From: Gemmatimonadales bacterium
GTDB lineage: Bacteria; Gemmatimonadota; Gemmatimonadetes; Gemmatimonadales; Gemmatimonadaceae
NCBI GenBank assembly: GCA_038210945.1
Contig: JBBQWD010000001.1
Span: 1-34,422, forward strand
Length of the DNA: 34,422 nucleotides
Reading direction: 5' to 3'
Shown: positions 1 to 9,367 of the stretch, piece by piece
Layout of the letters: the number at the start of each line of letters is the position of its first letter
Numbering within the stretch: position 1 is the stretch's first letter
Position numbers and translations under genes: made by a program
Notes under the pieces: generated by a model
The model's input: the letters and a program-made list of their open reading frames with translations, nothing else
Database searches by the model: none
Told to the model about the DNA's origin: nothing

Positions 1-1120
1 CGCCGTCCACATGAACGGCCATGTAGAAGGAATACAAGGTCAGGCGTATCTGGTTACGGAGATCCCAAAGACGCTGCAACCGACCGAGGTCGACACGGTC
101 GGTGACCATCGAAGTCTGGCTTACAGCTTCAAGCCAACCCGCGATCATGCGCGCAGCGTGCTATTCGGCGGACTCGACCCCGGTGAGAAAACTCTCGAGG
201 CCGGCCCACTCAACTGGGTAGCGGTCAAGAACAAGTACTTCGTAATCGGGATTCTTGCGCCGCCAAATGGGGCGCCGTTCAGCGAGGTAACGCTGACTGG
301 CGGACCGCGTACGTCGAAGGTCGCTACTACCGCGTCGGCGAGCGTAGTGCAGGCAATTCGGAGTAACGCGTTCTCCTTTGACATTTACGCCGGACCCCAG
401 GAATCGCAGCGCCTCATGCGAATGGGCCGTGACTTCGATCATGTCAATCCGTATGGATGGCGTTTCCTGCAGGGCGTCGTTCATCCAATTGCCTCAAAGG
501 TGATTCAGGGCCTGCTCTGGATGCACCACCGACTCAATCTCAGCTACGGATGGGTCCTCGTCATTCTCGGAATTCTGGTCCGACTAGCTCTTTGGCCGCT
601 GAATCAGAGCACCATGCGCTCGAGTTTGAAGATGCAGGAGCTCCAACCCAAGCTCGCCGCTGCGCAGAAGAAATACAAAGACCCGGTGCAACAGCGGGAA
701 GCAATCATGAAAGTCTATCATGACGCGGGGGTGAGTCCCTTCGCGGGGCTGACGGGCTGCCTTCCGGCACTGCTTCCCATGCCCATCCTCTTCGCGCTCT
801 TCTTCGTCTTCCAGAACACGATCGAATTCCGAGGTGTGCCGTTCATGTGGCTGCACGACATCTCGGTAAAGGATCCGTACTATGTCCTGCCCCTACTAAT
901 GGGCGCCTCCATGTACGTGCTGTCCTGGATTGGAATGCGTAATGCTCCTCCCAATCCTCAGGCGAAGATGATGGGGTACATGTTTCCGGTGATGATGACG
1001 GTGGTGCTCTTGAATATGGCTTCGGGTCTCAACCTCTATTACACCGCGCAGAACATCGCCGCGCTTCCACAGCAGTGGCTGGTTGCGCGCGAGCGGGCAA
1101 GAGCGCGTCCGGCAGGTTAG
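1..1120 (+). CDS. yidC: Membrane protein insertase YidC (5'-truncated by window)
   Basis: YAGP motif, YGWVLVILGILVRLALWPL, MQELQPKL, GCLPALLPMPILFALF, FMWLHDIS..DPYYVLP and SGLNLYY are YidC/Oxa1 signatures. The frame is open to the window start. Confidence 0.96.
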   Translation, partial: AVHMNGHVEGIQGQAYLVTEIPKTLQPTEVDTVGDHRSLAYSFKPTRDHARSVLFGGLDPGEKTLEAGPLNWVAVKNKYFVIGILAPPNGAPFSEVTLTGGPRTSKVATTASASVVQAIRSNAFSFDIYAGPQESQRLMRMGRDFDHVNPYGWRFLQGVVHPIASKVIQGLLWMHHRLNLSYGWVLVILGILVRLALWPLNQSTMRSSLKMQELQPKLAAAQKKYKDPVQQREAIMKVYHDAGVSPFAGLTGCLPALLPMPILFALFFVFQNTIEFRGVPFMWLHDISVKDPYYVLPLLMGASMYVLSWIGMRNAPPNPQAKMMGYMFPVMMTVVLLNMASGLNLYYTAQNIAALPQQWLVARERARARPAG

Positions 1121-1130
1121 GGAGAAGAGA

Positions 1131-1919
1131 ATGCTGCGTGTCACGTACATTGGTCACGCAACGCTACTAATTGAGATTGGCGGGAAGCGGCTACTCACGG
1201 ATCCGAACTTTGATCCGGTACTTGGGAAAGTCCTGCCACGCGTGAGCGCTCCGGGAATAGCGCTCGAAGCACTGCCCAAGCTCGATGCGATACTGCTGAC
1301 GCACGCGCACGCCGACCACCTGTCCTTCGATTCTCTTGACGCGCTTCCAGACGACATCCCGCTGTTTGCGCCGCCTGCAATCGCCAAATGGCTGGGGAAG
1401 CAAGGCTACAGTCATGCGGTTCCGCTCGCGCCAGGCGATGCGGTCGACGTAGATGATGTCAAGATTCGCGCAGCGTCGGCCACCCACAAAGGAAATCGGT
1501 ACGGAGTAGATCGCTGGAGGAGCGCGGCCAATATGTATCTCATTGATACTAAAACGACCTCCGTGTTCTTTGCGGGCGATACCGCGCTGATGCCGGACAC
1601 GACACACCTGGTCGAGAATCACCTGGCATCCACCGGACGCAGTCTGGACGTCGCACTGCTGCCCATCGGACACGCGCCGTGGTGGAAGCCCGGGTTTCGC
1701 AAAGGACATCTTACCAGCAGCGATGCTTTGACCCTCTTCGAACGACTCAAGGCCCGTTATTTTATCCCGTACCACTGGGGAACCTTCAACCATGTCACGT
1801 CGACTGCGTTCGATGCGATCGACCGGCTGAGGGTAGCCCTCCAGGATCATCCGTTGCATCCCGCGGTAAAAATTCTGGAGCCAGGGACGACATTCGTCCT
1901 GCCAACAGTGAGCTCGTGA
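1131..1919 (+). CDS. MBL-fold metallo-hydrolase (Lactamase_B_2/3, UlaG/NAPE-PLD-like)
   Basis: YIGHATLLI, LLTDP, THAHADH metal motif, FFAGDT and IPYHWGTF. ATG at 1131 follows a GGAGAAGAG purine-rich RBS. Confidence 0.88.
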   Translation: MLRVTYIGHATLLIEIGGKRLLTDPNFDPVLGKVLPRVSAPGIALEALPKLDAILLTHAHADHLSFDSLDALPDDIPLFAPPAIAKWLGKQGYSHAVPLAPGDAVDVDDVKIRAASATHKGNRYGVDRWRSAANMYLIDTKTTSVFFAGDTALMPDTTHLVENHLASTGRSLDVALLPIGHAPWWKPGFRKGHLTSSDALTLFERLKARYFIPYHWGTFNHVTSTAFDAIDRLRVALQDHPLHPAVKILEPGTTFVLPTVSS

Positions 1920-3289
1920 CGACCGTTGCCAGGAGTGTGGCACAGCTCGAGGACACGATCGTTGCTGTTGCAACGCCGAGCGGTCGTGGCGCTCTCGCAG
2001 TGATCAGATTGAGCGGTCCCAACGCTTTCGCGATCGCGGCCAAGCATCTGGATCCCCAGCCATTACAAATGCGTGTTGCGCAACTCTGCAGCGTTTTCGA
2101 CGGTGGTGAGGTTCTGGATCAGGCACTGGTGACATTCTTTCCAGGTCCCAATTCCTTCACTGGCGATGACACGGTCGAATTCTCGACGCACGGCGGATAT
2201 CTGGTTCCGAGCTCCGTGATCGCCGCACTCGTCTCTTCCGGTGCTCGGCAAGCTCTGCCGGGCGAATTCACGCGAAGAGCGGTGCTGAACGGCAAGCTCG
2301 ACATCCTTCAGGCCGAAGCGATTGGTGATCTCATCGACGCAAGGTCGCAAACAATGCAGCGCACGGCACTCGGACAGCTCGATGGAGGACTGTCCCGCAG
2401 ACTGCTGTCGCTGAGGGACAATCTCATCGATCTCGAGGCGCTGATCGTCTACGACATCGACTTTCCCGAGGAAGATGATGGTCCCATTTCGCGGGAACGG
2501 GTGGATAAGGCCGGGATGGAAATCGTGGTATCCCTCAAAACCCTCCTCGCAACGGCTCCTGCCGGTGAGCTCATTCGGGAGGGCGCCATCGTGGTCATCG
2601 CCGGACGACCGAATGTCGGCAAGTCGTCGCTGTTCAACGCACTGCTTGGAAGATCGAGGGCGATTGTGACAGAGATCCCAGGTACGACGCGCGATGCGCT
2701 CGAAGCGGTAATCGACAGTGGAAAATGGCCACTGCGGCTCGTCGACACCGCCGGGCTTCGAGAGACGGATGATCGAATCGAGAGACTGGGGATAGAGGTC
2801 AGTGAGCGCTATCTCGCGGATGCGCACGTAATCCTCGCCTGTGCCGAGGGCCCGGAACAACTGGCGGAGACAATTGACATAATCGCCCGAGATGCGAGCG
2901 CGCAAATCATAGCGGTCCGCACAAAAGCTGATTTAGTAGCAGACAAAGAACAATCAGTTGATTCTCGACCAAACGTTGCCGTCAGCGCCGAGACTGGGTT
3001 TGGGCTTCAGGATCTGATCGAAACAATCAATGAGGTTTTGAGCGAAAAACACGGTGAGATCGTTCCCGAGCTGCCGATCCTGACGAAAGCTCGGCACCAC
3101 CATGCTCTCACCGTGGCTTGCTCGGAGATCGAGCAGTTCCTACGAGCATGGAGCGAAGAAAACCTCCCGGCTACGATTGCATCGATCCACCTGCGTACCG
3201 CACTCTCGTCGCTGGAAGAGCTAATTGGAGCAGTCGAAGTCGAAGATGTCTTCGACCGTGTATTCAGCTCTTTTTGTGTGGGGAAGTAG
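1916..3289 (+). CDS. mnmE: tRNA modification GTPase MnmE (TrmE)
   Basis: DTIVAVATP, SFTGDD, PGEFTRRAVLNGKLD, G1 GRPNVGKSS, G2 PGTTRD, G3 DTAG and C-terminal FCVGK. Start set at the GTGA overlap at 1916; GTG 1937 is an alternative. Confidence 0.97.
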   Translation: MTTVARSVAQLEDTIVAVATPSGRGALAVIRLSGPNAFAIAAKHLDPQPLQMRVAQLCSVFDGGEVLDQALVTFFPGPNSFTGDDTVEFSTHGGYLVPSSVIAALVSSGARQALPGEFTRRAVLNGKLDILQAEAIGDLIDARSQTMQRTALGQLDGGLSRRLLSLRDNLIDLEALIVYDIDFPEEDDGPISRERVDKAGMEIVVSLKTLLATAPAGELIREGAIVVIAGRPNVGKSSLFNALLGRSRAIVTEIPGTTRDALEAVIDSGKWPLRLVDTAGLRETDDRIERLGIEVSERYLADAHVILACAEGPEQLAETIDIIARDASAQIIAVRTKADLVADKEQSVDSRPNVAVSAETGFGLQDLIETINEVLSEKHGEIVPELPILTKARHHHALTVACSEIEQFLRAWSEENLPATIASIHLRTALSSLEELIGAVEVEDVFDRVFSSFCVGK

Positions 3290-3291
3290 GA

Positions 3292-4230
3292 CTAGGCGGA
3301 CGCAGCGGCGGAGCTTGCAATCGAGGTAATCTCGCTCGCGCTAGCGCGAATCGCCCACTCGAACCCGCGAGCGTTCACTGCCGACTCGACCATTCTGGCG
3401 CCGAGGAAGTAGCCGCTTCTTTCGGGGAAAATATGCCGGTCGACCGTGCGAGCGTCATCGCTCATGCCTCCGGAGAGGTAGCGAAGGCGCAATCCAAGCC
3501 CAGCGCGATCGAGATCGGCATTCAGAGCTCGCGTCATCAACGGCTCGAGTTCCCGAACACTGGCATACTCGCGGCGGGTGTATCCGTAATATTCCCAGGC
3601 TGCGTGTCCGGGACTGATTGCTCTCGAGGCGTGAGTGGAAAGGCCCTCGTTGATCATAAGCTCACGGAGCGAAGCGCGCCTTCCGGTTTCCCAGTAGGAG
3701 TAGTAACCGCCGGCGTCCTCGATCAGCTGTTTCAGCTCGCTGCGGCTGGTCGGAGACGTGTAACGAACCGAATGCGCGATCTCGTGAGCCAGCCAGAGGG
3801 GAATCAGCTCCGGATCTAGTCCCAATCCTTGGGTTTCGGGGTTGGTTACACTGGTAAAATGCTCCAGGCAGACGAAGGCGACTCCCTTTCCGTCGACTAC
3901 GAGCTCGCCGGCGTTAGCAGCGCCGACGCCCACCATGAGCACGACATCAATGTCGGTATCGATACCCAGGAGGGTTCTGCACTGCTCTTCAGTATTTCTG
4001 GCGAGAGAGACCACGTCGATTCTTTCGAGCATGGTGCGGAGGTCTACGCGACTCGCAAGTGCGGCAGAGCGAACAACTTCCAGAAAATGCGGCCCCGCCG
4101 GATCCAGCACGTAGTTGTGCCAGTAGGCCTCTAAAAAACGGCGGTGATTTTCGAAGTAGCGGAGATAGGCGGCGACACGGTCGGTACTGTTGTGAACTGC
4201 GAAGAAGTCAGGCAGTAGGTTGATGAGCAT
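3292..4230 (-). CDS. Putative Zn-dependent protease (DUF2268-like gluzincin)
   Basis: LAHEIAHSVR (HExxH) followed by INEGLS (third-ligand Glu) and a C-terminal GYFLG motif. No signal peptide. Confidence 0.7.
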   Translation of the reverse strand: MLINLLPDFFAVHNSTDRVAAYLRYFENHRRFLEAYWHNYVLDPAGPHFLEVVRSAALASRVDLRTMLERIDVVSLARNTEEQCRTLLGIDTDIDVVLMVGVGAANAGELVVDGKGVAFVCLEHFTSVTNPETQGLGLDPELIPLWLAHEIAHSVRYTSPTSRSELKQLIEDAGGYYSYWETGRRASLRELMINEGLSTHASRAISPGHAAWEYYGYTRREYASVRELEPLMTRALNADLDRAGLGLRLRYLSGGMSDDARTVDRHIFPERSGYFLGARMVESAVNARGFEWAIRASASEITSIASSAAASA

Positions 4231-4401
4231 CAACGACCAGGTCGCGGGGTGGGGAGCCGTCGCGGTTTTTGCGATGCGAGAAGATACATTGACCCCAAAC
4301 TCTCAACAAGACCGATCTCCTCCAAAGAATTTTTTGAAACTGTGGCACAGATATTCCCTCTAGTTTCTGCAAGGTTCCGAGAGCAGAGAGGAGGAGCAGC
4401 C

Positions 4402-5052
4402 ATGACAACGCTGCGTCAGATTGAGCTCTGTTGCCCTGTGTGTGACAACGAGTTCAAATCGCAAAGTGTAGTTTCGACAAACGCGTTCGGCGGTAAACGG
4501 ACCGATTTCCACGAGCGGGCCGCTGGAACGCAGCCACTCGCGTATCTCATCCACATGTGCAGTGAGTGTGGCTTCTCCGGCGGAGAAGCTGACTTCACCG
4601 GCGCTGCGGATGTGAGCCCGGTGCTCAAACAGCACGTGCTCAAGGAGCTTGCTCCGAGCCGATCGACGCTGACATGTGGCTCGGAGAAGTATGAAGCGGC
4701 CGCCAAGGTTGCTCAGTGGCAGGGACTGGATCCCAGGCACATCGCAGACCTTCTCCTCCGCGCTGCTTGGTGCTGCGTCGACGAAGGAGACGGCGAAGCG
4801 GAGCGGTACTTCCGCCGGCATGCCGCGTGGATGTTTCAGGAAGCGCTGAAATCTTATGACGGAGTTCCGCGCGAAGAGCGACCGATTCTGACGTATCTCG
4901 TGGGAGAGCTATGGAGACGAATCGGCGAGGTTGGAAAGGCCGCATGCTGGTTCGAGGCAGTTGCCGGGGAAGTGACGGATCCGGAGAGCCAGCAGTGGGT
5001 TGTGGACGCGGCAGACCAGCAGAGGCTCAATCCAAGAGAGTGGTTCGGCTAG
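4402..5052 (+). CDS. DUF2225-family protein (Zn ribbon plus TPR-like helices)
   Basis: GAGGAGG RBS before ATG 4402. CPVC...CSEC Zn ribbon, TDF motif, LRAAW and YLVGELWRRIG are typical of DUF2225. Confidence 0.82.
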   Translation: MTTLRQIELCCPVCDNEFKSQSVVSTNAFGGKRTDFHERAAGTQPLAYLIHMCSECGFSGGEADFTGAADVSPVLKQHVLKELAPSRSTLTCGSEKYEAAAKVAQWQGLDPRHIADLLLRAAWCCVDEGDGEAERYFRRHAAWMFQEALKSYDGVPREERPILTYLVGELWRRIGEVGKAACWFEAVAGEVTDPESQQWVVDAADQQRLNPREWFG

Positions 5053-5055
5053 AAG

Positions 5056-5709
5056 TTATTTCGTTCCGAACAATCTGTCACCGGCATCACCGAGGCCGGG
5101 CAGAATATAGCCCTGACTGTTGAGTTCCCGGTCCAAAGCCGCGCAGTAGATCTGCACATCCGGGTGAGCCTTGCTCAAATGGCGCACTCCTTCAGGGGCG
5201 GCTACCACGCACAGAAACCGAATCCGGTTCGCGCCGGCCCTCTTGAGCGATGCGACCGCGGCAGCGGCGCTTCCTCCAGTCGCGAGCATCGGGTCCAGCA
5301 GAAAGAAATCACGCTCAGCAGTGTCTCCAGGGACTTTGAAGTAATAGTCCACTGGCTGAAGGGTGTCGTGGTCCCGGTACAATCCGATGTGCCCGACGCG
5401 GGCTGATGGCACCAGGCGAAGAATTCCCTCCACCATTCCAAGACCAGCCCGCAGAATAGGGACAAGGGTCAGCTTCTTTCCGCTGATGTGCCACCCCGAT
5501 GTCTTTTCCAGCGGGGTATCTACATCTCTCGGCTCGAGCGAGAGCTCGCTGGTTGCCTCGTAAGCCATGAGCATCGCAATCTCATCGACGAGCTCCTTGA
5601 AATGCTTGGTCTCGGTCTTCTGATCGCGGAGAATCGTTAACTTGTGCTGGACGAGAGGATGCCGGATAATAATCAGAGAAGGGAATTCCTCGACGCGCTC
5701 GATCATCAT
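5056..5709 (-). CDS. upp: Uracil phosphoribosyltransferase
   Basis: [27 protein letters not shown] loop [11 protein letters not shown] and [18 protein letters not shown]. Confidence 0.98.
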   Translation of the reverse strand: MMIERVEEFPSLIIIRHPLVQHKLTILRDQKTETKHFKELVDEIAMLMAYEATSELSLEPRDVDTPLEKTSGWHISGKKLTLVPILRAGLGMVEGILRLVPSARVGHIGLYRDHDTLQPVDYYFKVPGDTAERDFFLLDPMLATGGSAAAAVASLKRAGANRIRFLCVVAAPEGVRHLSKAHPDVQIYCAALDRELNSQGYILPGLGDAGDRLFGTK

Positions 5710-5771
5710 AGCCCCAGGATTTCCAGCACCAGCACAATGGACGTCAATCGGCTCATAATCTCTAACTCCTG

Positions 5772-5948
5772 ATGAAAGAATACCAGGCTGTTGTAGTGAA
5801 GCTGACGCGGCACACACGCGAGGACGAAGACACGCTCACCGATCTTCTCAACGAGCGGAGCAGAGGCGGATGGGAGCCAGCACTCATGTCGCAGGATGAA
5901 CAGCGCCTGACCATCCTGTTTCAGCGTGACGCAGTAGCAGAAGGCTAG
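5772..5948 (+). CDS. Small protein (58 aa), DUF4177-like; below the ORF-track cutoff
   Basis: Manual translation [58 protein letters not shown]. The EY..V / LN....GWE / FQR pattern fits DUF4177. It fills the gap and ends 4 nt before the next CDS. Confidence 0.75.
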   Translation: MKEYQAVVVKLTRHTREDEDTLTDLLNERSRGGWEPALMSQDEQRLTILFQRDAVAEG

Positions 5949-5952
5949 CTGG

Positions 5953-7335
5953 TTGGAGATAACCTTCGTCGGCGCCGCTCGCGAAGTCACCGGGTCCTGC
6001 CATCTACTGCACGTCAACGGACACACTGTCGCGCTCGACTGCGGGATGTTTCAGGGAAGGCGTCAGGAATCTGCCGAGAAGAACCGTACTCTCCCGGTGG
6101 CAATCAAGGATCTCGACGCCGTAGTTCTCTCACACGCGCACATCGATCACTCCGGCCGGCTTCCATACCTGATAGCCGAAGGCTACTCCAAAACGATCTG
6201 GGCAACCGCCGCGACACGAGACCTCTGCGCGGTAATGCTAGCCGACTCGGCCCACATTCAGGAGAAAGACGCCGAGTTTCTGGCAAAGAGGAGGAAGGAA
6301 TTCATCGAGCCGTTGTACGGAATGCGTCACGCTGTCCGCACAATGGATCTCATGGTGGGCGTCCCCTACAATAGACCGTTCGATGTCGTCCCTGGAATAA
6401 AGGCCACTTACATCGATGCCGGGCACATACTCGGCTCCGCCTCCGTTCTTCTCGACTGCACGGAAGGAGGTAAGATCCAGCGGCTTGTGTTTTCCGGTGA
6501 TATCGGACGTAGCGGCCTGGCCATAATCCGGGAGCCGGTTCCGCCCGAAGGCGCGGATGCGCTGATAATGGAGTCGACTTACGGGAACCGGGAACATGAG
6601 TCGGTCGAAGGAGCGCGCGCCAAACTGGCACAGGTAGTTCGGGAAACAGCGGCACGTGGCGGACGTGTTCTCATCCCGGCGTTTGCGGTCGGCCGGACGC
6701 AGGAGGTGATCTACGCGCTGCACTCGCTCGCGAAAGAAGGCGCGATTCCCTCCATACCCATCTATGTCGATAGCCCGCTGGCGATCGATGTGACGACCGT
6801 GTTCGAGATGCACCCGGAGAGCTTCGACAGATCGGAAGAAATGGTCCAGAAGGCAAAGGATCTGTTTCGCTTCGACCTTCTTCACTACACTCGCGATGTG
6901 GAGGAATCAAAGGCTCTGTCACGCGCACACGGCCCGATGGTGATCATAGCCGCCTCGGGGATGATGGAGAACGGCAGGATTCTGCATCATCTGGCACAGG
7001 GCGCCGGCGACTCCCGCAACACGATTCTCGTGGTGGGCTTTCAAGCCGAGCACACACTTGGACGCAGAGTGGTTGAACGGCGGCCTGTTCTACAGATCTT
7101 CGGAGAAGATGTGCCGCTTCACGCGCGTGTAGAAGTAATCGATGGGTACAGCGCCCATGCGGACAAGACTGAGATGATAACGTGGCTCGGACGAGTAAAG
7201 GACAAATCTCCGCGCCTTGACCCTATCTGGCTGGTGCACGGAGAGGCTGAAGTTCAAGACGAATTCAAGGCGACGCTTGGCGCCATCGGATACTCGGTGG
7301 AGTGTCCGAAGCCTCACACCAGACATGCTTTCTAA
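5953..7335 (+). CDS. MBL/beta-CASP RNA-metabolising metallo-hydrolase (YSH1/TTHA0252-like ribonuclease)
   Basis: GAAREVTGS, DCGMFQG, SHAHIDHSG, AGHILGS, SGDIG, ESTYG, PAFAVGR, YSAHAD and LVHGE. TTG start. Confidence 0.92.
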   Translation: MEITFVGAAREVTGSCHLLHVNGHTVALDCGMFQGRRQESAEKNRTLPVAIKDLDAVVLSHAHIDHSGRLPYLIAEGYSKTIWATAATRDLCAVMLADSAHIQEKDAEFLAKRRKEFIEPLYGMRHAVRTMDLMVGVPYNRPFDVVPGIKATYIDAGHILGSASVLLDCTEGGKIQRLVFSGDIGRSGLAIIREPVPPEGADALIMESTYGNREHESVEGARAKLAQVVRETAARGGRVLIPAFAVGRTQEVIYALHSLAKEGAIPSIPIYVDSPLAIDVTTVFEMHPESFDRSEEMVQKAKDLFRFDLLHYTRDVEESKALSRAHGPMVIIAASGMMENGRILHHLAQGAGDSRNTILVVGFQAEHTLGRRVVERRPVLQIFGEDVPLHARVEVIDGYSAHADKTEMITWLGRVKDKSPRLDPIWLVHGEAEVQDEFKATLGAIGYSVECPKPHTRHAF

Positions 7336-7349
7336 CGTAGCTTCCACTG

Positions 7350-7988
7350 ATGAAGCGCGCCGCTGCCGCTGCTGCTGCCAAGGCAAAGCAGGCTGTAATC
7401 CTCATTCGCCGAATCCTGACTGTCGCAGTCGTGACGGCATTTGCGCTCTGGCTCCTCTCCGCCACTGCGGTACTCGTCTGGAGCTCTCGGGATGAGGCTC
7501 GGCCCGCCCAAGCGATCGTCGTACTTGGCGCCGCTCAATACGCGGGTAAGCCCTCTCCTGTCCTTCGGGCCCGGCTCGATCATGCCTTGGAGCTCTGGAA
7601 CCGACACCTCGCGTCACTCCTGATACTGACAGGGGGGACGGGTTCCGGCGACACGACCAGTGAAGCAGCTGTTGGAAGGACCTACGCGCGGAAACACGGC
7701 GTTCCCGACAGCGCCATTCTCGTCGAAACCGAAGGTCGAACGACGAGTGAATCAATGAGAGCCGTTGCGGGTATGCTCGAGGTGCGCGGACTTCAGACCG
7801 CCCTTCTCGTCAGCGACCCGTTCCATATGCTGAGGCTGCGGATTCTGGCGAGACGCTTCGGTTTTACACCGTACACATCTCCGACCCAGACCAGCCCAAT
7901 CTCGCCCAATCGGGAAGAGCGCTGGAAGTATATTTTCAGCGAATCCATCAAGGCACCACTCGCCTTCTTTTTCGAGAGGAAGCTGTGA
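7350..7988 (+). CDS. YdcF/DUF218 (SanA/ElyC-like) membrane-anchored protein
   Basis: N-terminal TM helix, AIVVLGAA, RLDHA, LTGG, SEA, E...TT.E and VSDPFHMLR. Confidence 0.9.
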   Translation: MKRAAAAAAAKAKQAVILIRRILTVAVVTAFALWLLSATAVLVWSSRDEARPAQAIVVLGAAQYAGKPSPVLRARLDHALELWNRHLASLLILTGGTGSGDTTSEAAVGRTYARKHGVPDSAILVETEGRTTSESMRAVAGMLEVRGLQTALLVSDPFHMLRLRILARRFGFTPYTSPTQTSPISPNREERWKYIFSESIKAPLAFFFERKL

Positions 7989-9367
7989 AGACCAAGCATT
8001 TAGTTGCCCTGTGCTACTTAATGGGGAGCGTCCTGGCCGTCGCTCCACTCGGCGCGCAGGCCACACCCAAAATCAAGTTCGAGAAGTACACGCTTCCGAA
8101 CGGTCTCGAGGTGATCCTGCATGAGGATCATTCGACGCCAATCGTTTCCGTGGACACCTGGTACCACGTGGGATCGGGCGACGAACAGATAGGCCGCACC
8201 GGGTTCGCGCACCTGTTCGAGCACATCATGTTCATGGGCTCGCAAAACGTGCCGGTGGGGGCATTCGACCAGATGCTCGAAGCAGCTGGGGCCGACAACA
8301 ACGGATCGACCAATGAAGACCGAACCAACTACTACGAGAATCTTCCTTCCAACGCTCTGGCGCTTGCCCTATGGCTCGACGCCGACCGGATGGGCTTTCT
8401 GCTGCCGACGATGGACTTGGCCAAGCTGAATCTGCAGCGTGATGTCGTAAAGAATGAGCGCCGGCAGCGGGTGGACAACGTCCCGTACGGGCGCGCCGAC
8501 GAGACCATATTGGCGGCGTTGTACCCTCCATCCCACCCGTACTCCTGGCCGGTCATCGGCTCGATGGCGGATCTAAGCGCTGCCTCGGTCGACGATGTGA
8601 AAAACTTTTTCCGGACCTACTACGCTCCCAACAACGCGACGGTAGCCATAGCGGGCGATTTCGATCCCGTGGCCGTCAAGAAACTCGTCGCTCAGTACTT
8701 CGGACCGATTCCTCGCGGTCCAGCGGTGAAAAGGAGAACGACGGTTCCCGCCGTAATTCTTCCCCGCGACAAATTCATCGTGCTGGAAGACAAGGTGCAG
8801 CTACCGCGGCTCTTCTACACATGGCCGACGGTAAAGCTGTACGCGCCGGATGATGCCACGCTTGACATCCTGGCGCTGGTCCTCGCCAACGACAAGAACT
8901 CCCGGCTGTACAAGAAGCTCGTGTACGAGCTTCAGATTGCCCAGAACGCGCGCGCGTTTCAGGAAAGCGGGCGGCTCGATGGCAAGTTCCAGGTCGACGT
9001 CACACCGATGCCCGGACAAAAGGTCACCGACATCGATCAGGTCGTCCGGACGGAGATCACCAACATCATCGATAAGGGCATCTCGACCCGGGAGCTGCAA
9101 CGGGCTCAAAACTCGTACAAGGCAAGCTTTCTCGACCGTTTGGCCAGCGTGTTGGGCAAGGCGGACCAACTCAACACCTATAACTATTTCGCCGGCAATC
9201 CGGACTACGTTCAACAGGATGCTGCAAGGTATGAGCGTGTGACTGCCGCTGACGTTCAGCGCGTCGCCAGGAAATACCTTGGCAAGCCGAAGATCGTGCT
9301 CACGGTAGTCCCAGAGGGCAAGAAAGACATGATGCTGACCGCAGCCGCAGCCGGAGGCGCTCGATGA
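7985..9367 (+). CDS. M16B peptidase, catalytic subunit, exported
   Basis: Sec-type signal peptide (..LAVAPLGA|Q), GFAHLFEHIMF (HxxEH), NGST..DRTNY and VVKNERRQR. Confidence 0.93.
   Translation: MKTKHLVALCYLMGSVLAVAPLGAQATPKIKFEKYTLPNGLEVILHEDHSTPIVSVDTWYHVGSGDEQIGRTGFAHLFEHIMFMGSQNVPVGAFDQMLEAAGADNNGSTNEDRTNYYENLPSNALALALWLDADRMGFLLPTMDLAKLNLQRDVVKNERRQRVDNVPYGRADETILAALYPPSHPYSWPVIGSMADLSAASVDDVKNFFRTYYAPNNATVAIAGDFDPVAVKKLVAQYFGPIPRGPAVKRRTTVPAVILPRDKFIVLEDKVQLPRLFYTWPTVKLYAPDDATLDILALVLANDKNSRLYKKLVYELQIAQNARAFQESGRLDGKFQVDVTPMPGQKVTDIDQVVRTEITNIIDKGISTRELQRAQNSYKASFLDRLASVLGKADQLNTYNYFAGNPDYVQQDAARYERVTAADVQRVARKYLGKPKIVLTVVPEGKKDMMLTAAAAGGAR

Noticed and set aside
4343-4358. sigma54 promoter for the DUF2225 gene (TGGCACAGATATTCC)
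   Set aside because: The -24 element is good but the -12 position reads CC rather than GC.
5706-6026. 106-aa minus-strand ORF upstream of upp
   Set aside because: It is the antisense shadow of the DUF4177-like ORF and the nuclease start, with no motif support.
1131-7335. The two MBL-fold genes as beta-lactamases or anti-phage nucleases
   Set aside because: They lack signal peptides, their motifs fit housekeeping UlaG-like and beta-CASP families, and there are no defence-type neighbours.
7350-7385. Poly-Ala GCY repeat at the YdcF N-terminus as a phase-variable tract
   Set aside because: It is an in-frame, mixed-codon trinucleotide run, so slippage would not shift the frame.
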